Source: an uncultured delta proteobacterium (lineage in GTDB: Bacteria; Myxococcota_A; Polyangia; Polyangiales; Polyangiaceae). From it: a stretch of DNA of 64,000 bases. Positions 53,022 through 61,689 of this stretch are shown piece by piece (position 1 is the first letter of the stretch; each line of letters opens with the position of its first letter). Position numbers and translations under genes: made by a program. The notes beneath the pieces were generated by a model that saw only the letters and a program-made list of their open reading frames with translations, did not search any database and was not told the origin of the DNA. The stretch is taken from the NCBI GenBank assembly GCA_963850305.1, contig CAWKKR010000006.1:160001-224000 (forward strand). The letters run 5' to 3'.

Positions 53022-54434
53022 TGCACGACGTGGAGGGCCGCGCAGAGCGTCTCGAGCTTCAGTCGCGTCTCGGCGTACTCGCTCGCGGGATCGGAGTCGC
53101 GCACGATGCCGCTGCCGGCGTAGAGGTACGCACGATTGTCGACGATGGCCCCCGAGCGCAGTCCGACGGCAAACTCACCGTCCCCCTTTGCGTCGAACCA
53201 GCCGATCGGCGACGCGTACCAGCCGCGTTCGGCAGGCTCTTCCGCGCGGATGAACTGGACCGCGCCGGACGTCGGTACGCCGCCCACGGCGGGGGTCGGG
53301 TGCAGTCGCTCGACCAGCTCGAGCACGTGCACGGGGCGATGGAGCCTGCCGCGGATCGGCGTCGTCAGGTGGACGAGGTGCGGCAGCACGCGAACCTCGG
53401 GCGAACGCGGATGTTCCAGCGATTCGCACACGGGCGAGAGCGTCTCGACGATCTGTCGAACGACGAGCTCGTGCTCTTCCCGCTCCTTCGGGCTGTTCAT
53501 CATTTCCGCGGCGCTGCTCGCGTCGCCGACGCGGCTGGTTCCGGCGAGCGCCTCGGTGGCAAGTTCGGGACCCTTCCGGCGAATGAGTCGCTCCGGAGTC
53601 GCGCCGAGGAATGTGCTTCGACCGAACCTGAACGCGAAGCGTGTGCAGTGCGTCGCGGAGCGCCCGAGCTCCGTGACGACGTCGAGCAGAATCGATCGGG
53701 CCGTCGAACGAGAGCGTGGTCCGCCGGGCAATGACGACTTTCTCGAACTCGCGCCGGGAAATCCGCGTCACGATCTTTTCCACGAGGTTCGTCCACTCGG
53801 GGAGGGTCACCTCGACGCGGCTCGCGACCGTCCAGGGCGCAGGCCGACGGCGCACCACCGGGCCGTCGTGCGACGCCGCGCGCAGGGTCGCGAACGTCCT
53901 CTCCGTCGCTGCCACGAGCTCGCGGACCGCGGAGTCCGTCACGACGTCTTCACGACGCGCTGCGACGCTCAGCCAAGCGTGGTCGCCCTGACGCGCATAC
54001 CGGAACCTGGGTAAGACGAAGCGCGCATCGCCGAAATCCGTCCAGGGCTCGGACGACGACGCACCGGGCTGAAAAGAGAACCCCCCGAGAAATCGGACCG
54101 ATGGGGCAGGGGTATCGCCGAGGTCGACCGTCTGCAGGGAGCGAAAAACGGCGTCGGCATCCGCGCGGATCTGCGCGACCCTCGCGGACCCGTGCCCCCG
54201 CAGGTTCGCGACGGCTCCGACGGCGGAAAACGCCGTCCCCTCGATGGGCTCGAAGAGCAGGGCATCCTCCGCGGGCGCCGCGGCAAGCAATGCTTCCAGC
54301 GGGGCGAGGGGCGCGGGCACCGAGACCACCGCGACTGCGGCCGGGTCTCGCACGGAGGCGAGCGCGTCGCGGAGCGCATCCCCGAGTTGCAGGGGCCTCC
54401 GCGAGGGTTCGAGCGAAACAGCCGAGGTCGTCAC
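53018..54434 (-). pseudogene. menF: Isochorismate synthase, frameshifted as sequenced
   Basis: EKVVIAR in the N-terminal frame; GATPERL, ALAGT, HPTPAVGG, AGSGIV in the C-terminal frame; one extra base near 53690. Confidence 0.88.
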
Positions 54435-55168
54435 GAGGGGTGCCGCGGTTGTGCGACGTAAAGGTTGGCGACGCCGAACGTGAGCGCCACGTTTTCCAGT
54501 ACGGTGAGCCCCGCCTCGTCCATCGTCCGGGCAAAATCTTTCGACGGGGGAAACGCGGCGATGGAGCGCTGCAGGTACCGGTACTCGCGCGAGCCGGACA
54601 CGAGCCCGCCCAGGAACGGGACGACCGAGTGCACGTGAAAGCGCGCAAGCGGCCCCAGGAAGCCGCCGCGCGGTTCCGACAGTTCCAGGATGACGACGCG
54701 CCCCGACGGACGCGTCACCCGGGCCATCTCGCGCAGGGCCTTCGGTCGATCGGGCACGTTCCTGATGCCGAACGCGATCGACGTCGCGTCGAACGAGCGG
54801 TCGTCGAACGGAAGCGCCTCGGCAAGGCCGGTCCGGAGCGTCACCCGTTCGGCGAGACCGCTCCGCGCGATCTTGCCGCGACCCACGTCGAGCATCTTGA
54901 CCGACGGGTCCACGCCTTCGACGAGGACGGTCGGGTGCGTTTCGGCGATGAGGATCGCGAGGTCGGCAGTCCCCGTGGCGAGATCGAGCGCCCGCCCCGA
55001 CGCGGGAAGCCCCATGGCCGCGACGGTCTTCCGCCGCCACGCCTGGTCTATGCCGAGTGACAGGAGCCGATTCAGGAGGTCGTAGCGATCGGCGATCCGA
55101 TCGAACATTTGCCCCGACCCGTCTCGGGTCACCGGGCTCTGGCTCGATAGGACGGGCTCGTGGGGCAT
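54431..55168 (-). CDS. menG: Demethylmenaquinone methyltransferase (UbiE/MenG)
   Basis: MFDRIA.RYDLLN..LS.G....WR, LDLATGTADLA, FGIRNV. Confidence 0.93.
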   Translation of the reverse strand: MPHEPVLSSQSPVTRDGSGQMFDRIADRYDLLNRLLSLGIDQAWRRKTVAAMGLPASGRALDLATGTADLAILIAETHPTVLVEGVDPSVKMLDVGRGKIARSGLAERVTLRTGLAEALPFDDRSFDATSIAFGIRNVPDRPKALREMARVTRPSGRVVILELSEPRGGFLGPLARFHVHSVVPFLGGLVSGSREYRYLQRSIAAFPPSKDFARTMDEAGLTVLENVALTFGVANLYVAQPRHPS

Positions 55169-55498
55169 CGCGCGGTCTCTTCGGCCGGTCCCGGACATCT
55201 GCCGCCGAAAGTGCCGCTCACCGGGAACCGCGGTGAAGGCGCCTCCGCTTTTAGGAAGCAGCGACGCGGGCGTCAAGATCGGCCGATTGTCCGGCACTCT
55301 CGATCGGTGACCGCAGGAGCGAGCCTCCGGCTGGCAGAGCCGGCAACGGTTTCGGCGCCGGGATCGGGTCCGGGGAGGGGTTCGGGCAAGCGGGAGCGGG
55401 ACCGCCGGAGGCGGTGCCGGTCGAGCGAGCCTTCGCGGGCCCGTATTAGTAGCTTTGGGGCGTCGGGCGTCGGCCCCGGGAGTCGGCAGATGCGGGCT

Positions 55499-55780
55499 TC
55501 AGTCCGGGCCTTCGGCGAGCGCGGCGCGTGGGCCGAGCTCGGCATCGGTCGCGGACACGAGCGCGAAGAAGACGTCGTCGTGGAGCGCCTTCCACGGCAC
55601 GTGCCGTCGCTCTTCCGAGCGCTGGGTGATGCTGCGGAAGAGGGCGAGGATCGTGTAGGCGATGCGGCGCAAGATCGCGACGACGAGCGCGGCACGCGGA
55701 TTCGACTCGATCCACGGGTGGTCGTCCTCGGCGAAGGCGGTGTCGAGGATCTGATGCGCCGTCTCGACGCCCCAGTGCCT
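55499..55780 (-). pseudogene. C-terminal fragment of an ISAs1-like transposase
   Basis: Manual translation RHWGVETAHQILDTAFAEDD...LRRIAYTILA; no start codon. Confidence 0.7.
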
Positions 55781-55793
55781 GGCCTGCTCGGCG

Positions 55794-56144
55794 TCAGCGC
55801 ACGAGCCGGCTCAGCACGTTCTTCAGCCGCACCCCGAGCGCGAGCACCTCCGCGACCTCTGCCGGGGCGCACGCTCCGAGCGCGCCGGCAATCTCGACCG
55901 CCGCGCACGCCTCGCAGCACTCGGCGAGCGCGATCGCGTAGGCGCGGCTCTTGTCCGCGAGGCTCTGCCGCGCGGCACCTTCGGCGGCATTGAGCGCCGC
56001 GCTCGCGGCGCTCTTGCGCGCCTGCGCTCGGAGCTGCGAGTCCCGGATGCGCGTGCCCGCGACGCGCTTCACGAGCTCGAGCGCGAGCTGGTACGCGATG
56101 AGACGATGGTGGGGAAGCGATGCGGAGGGATCGGGGTGGCTCAT
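55794..56144 (-). CDS. Four helix bundle protein (23S rRNA IVS protein / Avd-like)
   Basis: 116 aa: RLIAYQLA...QARKSAASAALNAAEGAAR...AYAIALAECCE. Confidence 0.88.
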   Translation of the reverse strand: MSHPDPSASLPHHRLIAYQLALELVKRVAGTRIRDSQLRAQARKSAASAALNAAEGAARQSLADKSRAYAIALAECCEACAAVEIAGALGACAPAEVAEVLALGVRLKNVLSRLVR

Positions 56145-56592
56145 GCCCTCCCAGGCGCAGGACCCGTGACAGCGAAGCGTCGTGCACGGCCGCTCCTTGC
56201 CGCCGCTGGCGCGGGGCGTGCGCCACCAGGCAGGAGCCACCCCGAGCCCGACACCGCTCCCAGAACCGAGGCCCCACACCGAGACCGACACCGGCACCGA
56301 TCCCCGATCCCCCGTCCCCCCGCTGCGCAGGCGCGGCTGCATCTCGCCACGAGGCCCGTCAGGCTGGCCCAGCGGCGAGAACCTTCTCAGGCCGCGCCCG
56401 TCCCTCCGGTGCGTCCCACCAAATCTTGTCGGGCGCTGCGAATTTGTGCGCGTTCCCGCTCCACATCCCAAAACCCTATCTTCTTCCGGCTCCGCTCCCG
56501 CGCCCCTCACCTCAACCGGCCCGACTTCCAATCAAGCCTGGTTTGTCGTGCGGCAGAGGGCGCCGCACGGGTGGGTATGGCATAGTCGGCCC

Positions 56593-57120
56593 GTGTTCGC
56601 GTCCCTTCGCCGATTCCGTCGGCTGGTGCCGCTCGCCGCGCTGCTCGTGGCCTGCGTGGCGGTCGCGCTGCCGACCCGAGCAGCGCCGCGCGAGGTCGCC
56701 GCGACCCCGGACGAATCGTTCAATGAATACGTGCCGGGCGCCGCGCTGCTCGAAGGACGATTGCTCGCGCCCTGCTGCTGGACCCAGACGCTCGACATCC
56801 ACGGCTCGCCGATCGCAAACGAACTACGCCGCGAGATCCGCCATCGCCTGAAGGCCGGGGAAACCCCCGAGGCCATCCAGGCCGACCTCGTGCGACGTTA
56901 CACGACGAGGATCCTCGCCGTACCGCCCGACCATCCTCTGTCACGGATTGGAACAATCCTGTCGGTAGCGTTGCTCGGAGCCGGCGTGTTTGCCGGAAGC
57001 CGCGTTGCTCGATGGAAGAAGCGAGCCTCGAAACCGCCTTCCGTTCCACCGAATGCCGGCGCATCGTCCAACGACGAGTGGGACGCGCGTCTGGACGCCG
57101 AGCTCGAAGACGAGGACTGA
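56593..57120 (+). CDS. ccmH: Cytochrome c biogenesis protein CcmH/NrfF family
   Basis: LLAPCCWTQTL, ELRREI...G.TPE.I...V.RY...IL..P, then TM helix. Confidence 0.8.
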   Translation: MFASLRRFRRLVPLAALLVACVAVALPTRAAPREVAATPDESFNEYVPGAALLEGRLLAPCCWTQTLDIHGSPIANELRREIRHRLKAGETPEAIQADLVRRYTTRILAVPPDHPLSRIGTILSVALLGAGVFAGSRVARWKKRASKPPSVPPNAGASSNDEWDARLDAELEDED

Positions 57121-57123
57121 GAT

Positions 57124-59259
57124 TCAGCGCGCCGCGGGCTTTCGCCGCGAACCGGTCGACGACACCTGGCGGCTCGTCTTCGGGCGGCCTTCGGGGTTTT
57201 TATTGGGTACCCTGGAAACCTTCGGCCTCGCGGGCTCGGCTTTCCCGCGCGCGCGAGGCTCAGGGGGCTCTTTCGCGAAGAGCTTTCGCGCGGCGTCGGC
57301 GGCGCGTGCGGCCATCTCGGTCTGTCCGCGCATCTCCATCAAGAATCGGCTCGGGATCTGCGGACGCTCGGTGCCCCATTTCATCCGCGCCTTGCAGTAA
57401 GAGAGCGTCAGCCGATCCTTCGCTCGAGTGACGCCGACGTAACAGAGTCGCCGTTCCTCGTCGATGCCGGTGCCGCCAGCGTCCTCGATCGCACGCCGGT
57501 GCGGCATGAGCCCCTCCTCGACGCCGACCATGTACACGTGAGCGAACTCGAGTCCCTTGGCGCCGTGGAGCGTCATCAGCGTGATGGCTGCCGGGCGCTC
57601 GTCGTCTTTCTTCAGGTCGTCACGGCCGACGAGACTGGTCTCGTCCAGGAACTCGCGAAGCGACGGCTTTTCCGTTCGCGACTGGTATGTAGCGATCGTG
57701 TTGACGAGTTCTCCGAGTGATTCCCACCGTGCTTCGGCGTCGCCGGGGTTCTTGTACGCGCGCGCGAGTTCCCCGCGGTAATCGATGTCACGCAAGAGCT
57801 CCATCACGACGTCCACCCAGTTGGATTCCGACGCGATGCGCGCCCGGTATCGATCGATGAGCCCGCGGAACGCTTCGACGCGCTCGCCCGCCTGGTGAGG
57901 GACGTCACCGTCCGTGATCGCGCCGGGCAGTTCGGCCCAGAGTGACGTTCCCGCGGCCACGGCGCGCTTGAGGAGGGCCTCCACGACGCCGTCGCTGATC
58001 CCGCGCCGCGGCGTGTTGATGATCCGGAGCAGCGACACCTCGTCCGAAGGGTTTGCGAGCACCTTGAGGTACGCGAGAACGTCGCGAATCTCCTTCCGGT
58101 CGTAGAATGACTGGCCGCCGACGAGCACGTACGGCACTCGCTCGCGACGGAGTTCAACTTCGAATGCCCGAGGCTGCTCGTTCGTCCGAAACAGGATCGC
58201 GATCTCGCGTAGCATCCACCGATCGGGTTTCTCCGGCACCACGTTCGACGCGATCTCCCTGACGATCTCCGTCGCCTCCGTGCTCTCGCCGTCGAATTTG
58301 AGGAACCGCGGAGGATCGCCGCCGCGCCGCGCCGCGCGAAGTACCTTCCCATGTCGCTGCTTGTTGTGACCGATGAGCGTGTTGGCGAGCGCGAGAATGC
58401 TCTCACGACACCGGTAGTTGTCCTCCAAGCGCACCACCGTCGCGCCTTTCCAGTCTCTCGCGAAGTTGAGGATATGGGTGACCTCCGCGCCGCGCCACCC
58501 GTAGATCGACTGATCGTCGTCGCCCACCACGCAGAGATTCTGATGGTCTTCCGCGAGCGCTCGAACGATCCGATATTGGAGCGCGTTGGTGTCCTGGTAC
58601 TCGTCGATCAGAACGTGGTCGAAGCGGCGTGATTCGGCGCGTCGCACATCCTCGAATCTGCTGAAGAGCTCCTCCGTGCACAGGAGGAGATCGTCGAAGT
58701 CGACGGCGCCGGCCGCGCGGAGGGAAGCCTGGTATCGCACGAACGCCATCGCCGCGAGTTGCTCGCGATCGCTCTCCGCAATCTGGTCCGCCTGGTCCGG
58801 ACGCACGCCCCGCGTCTTCCAAGAGCCGATGATCGACAGAAGCTCTCCGGGTCGCAGCTTCTCGTTGCCGACGCGCAGATCCCTGAGGGTCGACCGGGCG
58901 ATGCTCTCCTGTTCGTTCTGATCGTAAATGGCGAATTCGGCTGGGTAACCGAGACGCTGGATGTTTCTGCGAAGGATGCGAACGCAGAGCGAGTGGAATG
59001 TCGATATCTCGGGCTGGCTTTCCTTGGTCCGGCGCTTACCGAGAAGAGAAACTGCGCGCTCCCGCATTTCTCGCGCGGCCTTGTTCGTGAACGTGACCGC
59101 CAAGATCCGGTTTCCGCGCGTGCCGGCGCGAATCAATTCCGCGATGCGATAAGTGATGACGCGCGTTTTTCCGGAACCCGCCCCCGCAAGGACGAGGAGC
59201 GGGCCTCGACGAGTCATGACTGCACGCCGCTGCTCGGGGTTCAGATCCGGGATCGACAT
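57124..59259 (-). CDS. UvrD/Rep/PcrA superfamily 1 DNA helicase
   Basis: AGAGSGKT, TFTNKAA, DEYQDTN, GDDDQSIYGWRGA, HGAKGLEF, EERRLCYVGVTRA. Confidence 0.95.
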   Translation of the reverse strand: MSIPDLNPEQRRAVMTRRGPLLVLAGAGSGKTRVITYRIAELIRAGTRGNRILAVTFTNKAAREMRERAVSLLGKRRTKESQPEISTFHSLCVRILRRNIQRLGYPAEFAIYDQNEQESIARSTLRDLRVGNEKLRPGELLSIIGSWKTRGVRPDQADQIAESDREQLAAMAFVRYQASLRAAGAVDFDDLLLCTEELFSRFEDVRRAESRRFDHVLIDEYQDTNALQYRIVRALAEDHQNLCVVGDDDQSIYGWRGAEVTHILNFARDWKGATVVRLEDNYRCRESILALANTLIGHNKQRHGKVLRAARRGGDPPRFLKFDGESTEATEIVREIASNVVPEKPDRWMLREIAILFRTNEQPRAFEVELRRERVPYVLVGGQSFYDRKEIRDVLAYLKVLANPSDEVSLLRIINTPRRGISDGVVEALLKRAVAAGTSLWAELPGAITDGDVPHQAGERVEAFRGLIDRYRARIASESNWVDVVMELLRDIDYRGELARAYKNPGDAEARWESLGELVNTIATYQSRTEKPSLREFLDETSLVGRDDLKKDDERPAAITLMTLHGAKGLEFAHVYMVGVEEGLMPHRRAIEDAGGTGIDEERRLCYVGVTRAKDRLTLSYCKARMKWGTERPQIPSRFLMEMRGQTEMAARAADAARKLFAKEPPEPRARGKAEPARPKVSRVPNKNPEGRPKTSRQVSSTGSRRKPAAR

Positions 59260-59405
59260 TCTCGCACCGGCTCGTTGCTCGACTCCCCGTGTTCGGTCAA
59301 GGAGATCGTGCATGGCGAGCGAACGCGGACGCGCGACTGCTCGATAGGACGTGGCATGCTCGACGGAATCGGCTATGTTGGATTGTCGATGCACGTCGCT
59401 CAACG

Positions 59406-60197
59406 ATGAAACAGGGCATGGGTGTCGCGAGCGGTTCGCTGTACGTCGAGTCGTACGGGTTCGGGGAACCCACCCTCCTCTTGATGCATGGGTTTGCAGG
59501 GAGTGCCCGCAATTTCAGACCGCAGTCGAGGGCACTCGGGAGCAGGCGGCGTGTCGTCTCATTCGATGCGAGAGGTCACGCTCGCAGCAAGGTGCCAGCG
59601 GACGCCAGTGCCTACACGGTCGCGTCCTTCGTGTCCGATGCGGCGACGGTGATCGACGACCTGGGGGTGGAGGGTGTCGTACTCGGCGGCACGAGCATGG
59701 GCGCTGCTATCGCTCTTCAATATGCGTTCGAACGACCGGAGCGACTGCGTGGTCTCGTGATCGTCTCGTTCCCATCCGCATCATCGAAGGAGTGGGCGCT
59801 GGCGTTCGCTGAAGCGATCGAGCGGGATGGGCTCGATCGTGCCGGCGAGGTCTTCGTTTGGGGTGGTTCACATTTCGACGTCGCATCCAGGAATTGGATC
59901 CGGCAGGGCTTCCTCGAGCATCGCGCCGAAGCGTTGGCGTGGACTCTGCGCGGGGTACTCGCTCGACTCCCGACTCTCGAGGCATCGAGAGATGCGCTCG
60001 TGCGATTGCGCATCCCCACCTTGGTCGTGGCGGGCGACCGGGACGACCGATCCATCGGGGTCTCGCATGAGCTGGTGAGACAAATCTCGGGCTCGCGTCT
60101 GGCGGTCATCCATGACGCTGGTCACGTCGTCAATCTCGAGAAACCGCAATTATTCAACAGTGTTCTGAGTAATTTCTTATGCTCAATCGAGAAATAA
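59406..60197 (+). CDS. Alpha/beta hydrolase
   Basis: MHGFAGS, DARGH, GTSMG, AGHVVNLE. Confidence 0.88.
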   Translation: MKQGMGVASGSLYVESYGFGEPTLLLMHGFAGSARNFRPQSRALGSRRRVVSFDARGHARSKVPADASAYTVASFVSDAATVIDDLGVEGVVLGGTSMGAAIALQYAFERPERLRGLVIVSFPSASSKEWALAFAEAIERDGLDRAGEVFVWGGSHFDVASRNWIRQGFLEHRAEALAWTLRGVLARLPTLEASRDALVRLRIPTLVVAGDRDDRSIGVSHELVRQISGSRLAVIHDAGHVVNLEKPQLFNSVLSNFLCSIEK

Positions 60198-60307
60198 GAA
60201 TGGCCCGGAGTACCCGTGTCTGTCCGCAGGGACGATGCTGCATGGGTTCATCGGACGCTTCGGAGGAGAGCACACCACCCTACATGCCGTGGACACGGCT
60301 GGAGCAC

Positions 60308-60365
60308 ATCTAGTGCGTGACTACAACATCAAGTGTTGACACATGACACTAGATGGCAATATATG
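60308..60365 (+). promoter_or_regulatory. Putative sigma70-type promoter inside an imperfect palindrome
   Basis: TTGACA at 60336-60341, AT-rich -10 near 60357-60365; CATCTAGTG...CACTAGATG inverted repeat. Confidence 0.5.
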
Positions 60366-60422
60366 TGCTGCAACCGGCCCGAACGAGGGCAATCGATCGG
60401 TTCCGGCATCCAGGAGGACCGC

Positions 60423-60566
60423 ATGGCTGCAAAGAAAAAGAAGAAGGGCGCAAAGCGCGCTGCGAAGAAGGGCAAGAAGAAGGCGACCCGCAAGAAGGCC
60501 GCCAAGAAGAGCAAGAAGAAGGGTCGGAAGAAGAAGAAGGCACCCGCGGCTCCACCCGCGATGTGA
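60423..60566 (+). CDS. Small Lys-rich histone H1-like protein (47 aa)
   Basis: RBS AGGAGG; MAAKKKKKGAKRAAKKGKKKATRKKAAKK... Confidence 0.8.
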   Translation: MAAKKKKKGAKRAAKKGKKKATRKKAAKKSKKKGRKKKKAPAAPPAM

Positions 60567-60698
60567 CCATTGGAGCGGTCGCGCGTGGATCGGGCTGGCC
60601 GACCCCGCGTGATCGCCGCCGCGCGGCCGGTGATTCGTTCCAGGAGAGATCCTCGAGCGGGCTCGATGCGCGGGCTAGTGAAGGTCGCAAGGCGACCT

Positions 60699-60740
60699 CG
60701 AAAGTGCCCCGAAGCTCCATGCTGCGGGGTGCTTTCGTTT
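60699..60740 (+). terminator. Putative intrinsic terminator
   Basis: 13-bp stem CGAAAGTGCCCCG/CGGGGTGCTTTCG followed by TTT. Confidence 0.6.
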
Positions 60741-60789
60741 GTGCTTCCTTATCGAAGAATTCCGCCCGTTGGCGCTAAGCTGCGCGAGC

Positions 60790-61675
60790 TTGACCGGGTT
60801 ACCGAGGGAATTTTTTTTTCGGAATTGCCCTCTCCTGCGTGGCGGGGCTCCCATTCGGGTGCCATCGCGACCAGCCTGCGGCGAAACGCGCGGCGGCCCC
60901 GCCGATCAGCCGAGGGGACATCGTGGTCGTTGAACGGGCGGCCGCGGAGTTTTTCGAAGGGCGCGTGCTTTCCGTCGCGGAATCGTCGCTCAAAGTGCAG
61001 ACGTCGGACGAGGGAGATCCCGCCACGGTCGCGCGCAGCGACGCCTATAGAGTTCCATCACTCGGCCACACCTACTCGCGCGGACAGCCGGCAATCTGCG
61101 AGGATGGCCCGTCGCGGTGGGTCGCGTGTCGTGTCGTCGGGACCGAAAGCAAGGACGTTCTCGCCGAGCTCGGGACCGGCGAAAAGCGGACATTCGATGA
61201 CACGGAAATCCTCACGGCAACCCCCGTCACATCTCTGAATATCCAACGATACTTCGAAATAGTGGTCTCGCGGCGGCGCTTTGCGGAAGCGGCCCGCTCC
61301 GCGGGCGACCCGACGCGCCCGGGCGGATGGTTCCCTTCTCCCCATGAACCGGTCATCGCAAAGCAAGGCCCCTACTGGTTCTCGGCGCACGCGGCGCATT
61401 CCGCGGGCGATGGCGGGCTGACCATCGTTTGGGAAGGCAGTGCCCGCGCGGAGACGGTGCCCGGCGCGAAGGTCGTGCCGGTCCCTCCATTCGACCACTT
61501 GTTCGCGAGCGGTGACTTCGCGCTCGTCCGTCCCGCCACGGAGGGCGGGCCGTGGATGAAGGTCGTCATCGACGCCGTCGGCCCGGAGGAGGCCGTGATC
61601 ACCGCAGAAGACGGCGAGCAATCGCGCGTCAGCGTGCGCCATCTGGTGCCGCTCGGGCGCCGCCACCCGAAGTAG
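60790..61675 (+). CDS. Putative lipoprotein with repeated Tudor/SH3-like beta domains; signal peptide out of frame at a T9 tract
   Basis: With T8, TTG 60790 reads MTGLPREFFFGIALSCVAGLPFGC; the ORF as sequenced begins at 60839. Confidence 0.65.
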
Positions 61676-61689
61676 ACGAGTCGCGACTA

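Larger units (their letters stand above)
55295..56536. mobile_element. Dispersed hairpin element, copy B, carrying a four-helix-bundle gene and an IS fragment
   Basis: Both arms are homologous to copy A and enclose ~900 bp of extra sequence; mobility is inferred. Confidence 0.6.

Noticed and set aside
55794..56536. Diversity-generating retroelement
   Set aside because: No reverse transcriptase; differences between the repeat copies are not adenine-specific and neither copy lies in a target ORF
59406..60197. Second menH
   Set aside because: Generic hydrolase motifs only; a better menH sits next to menD
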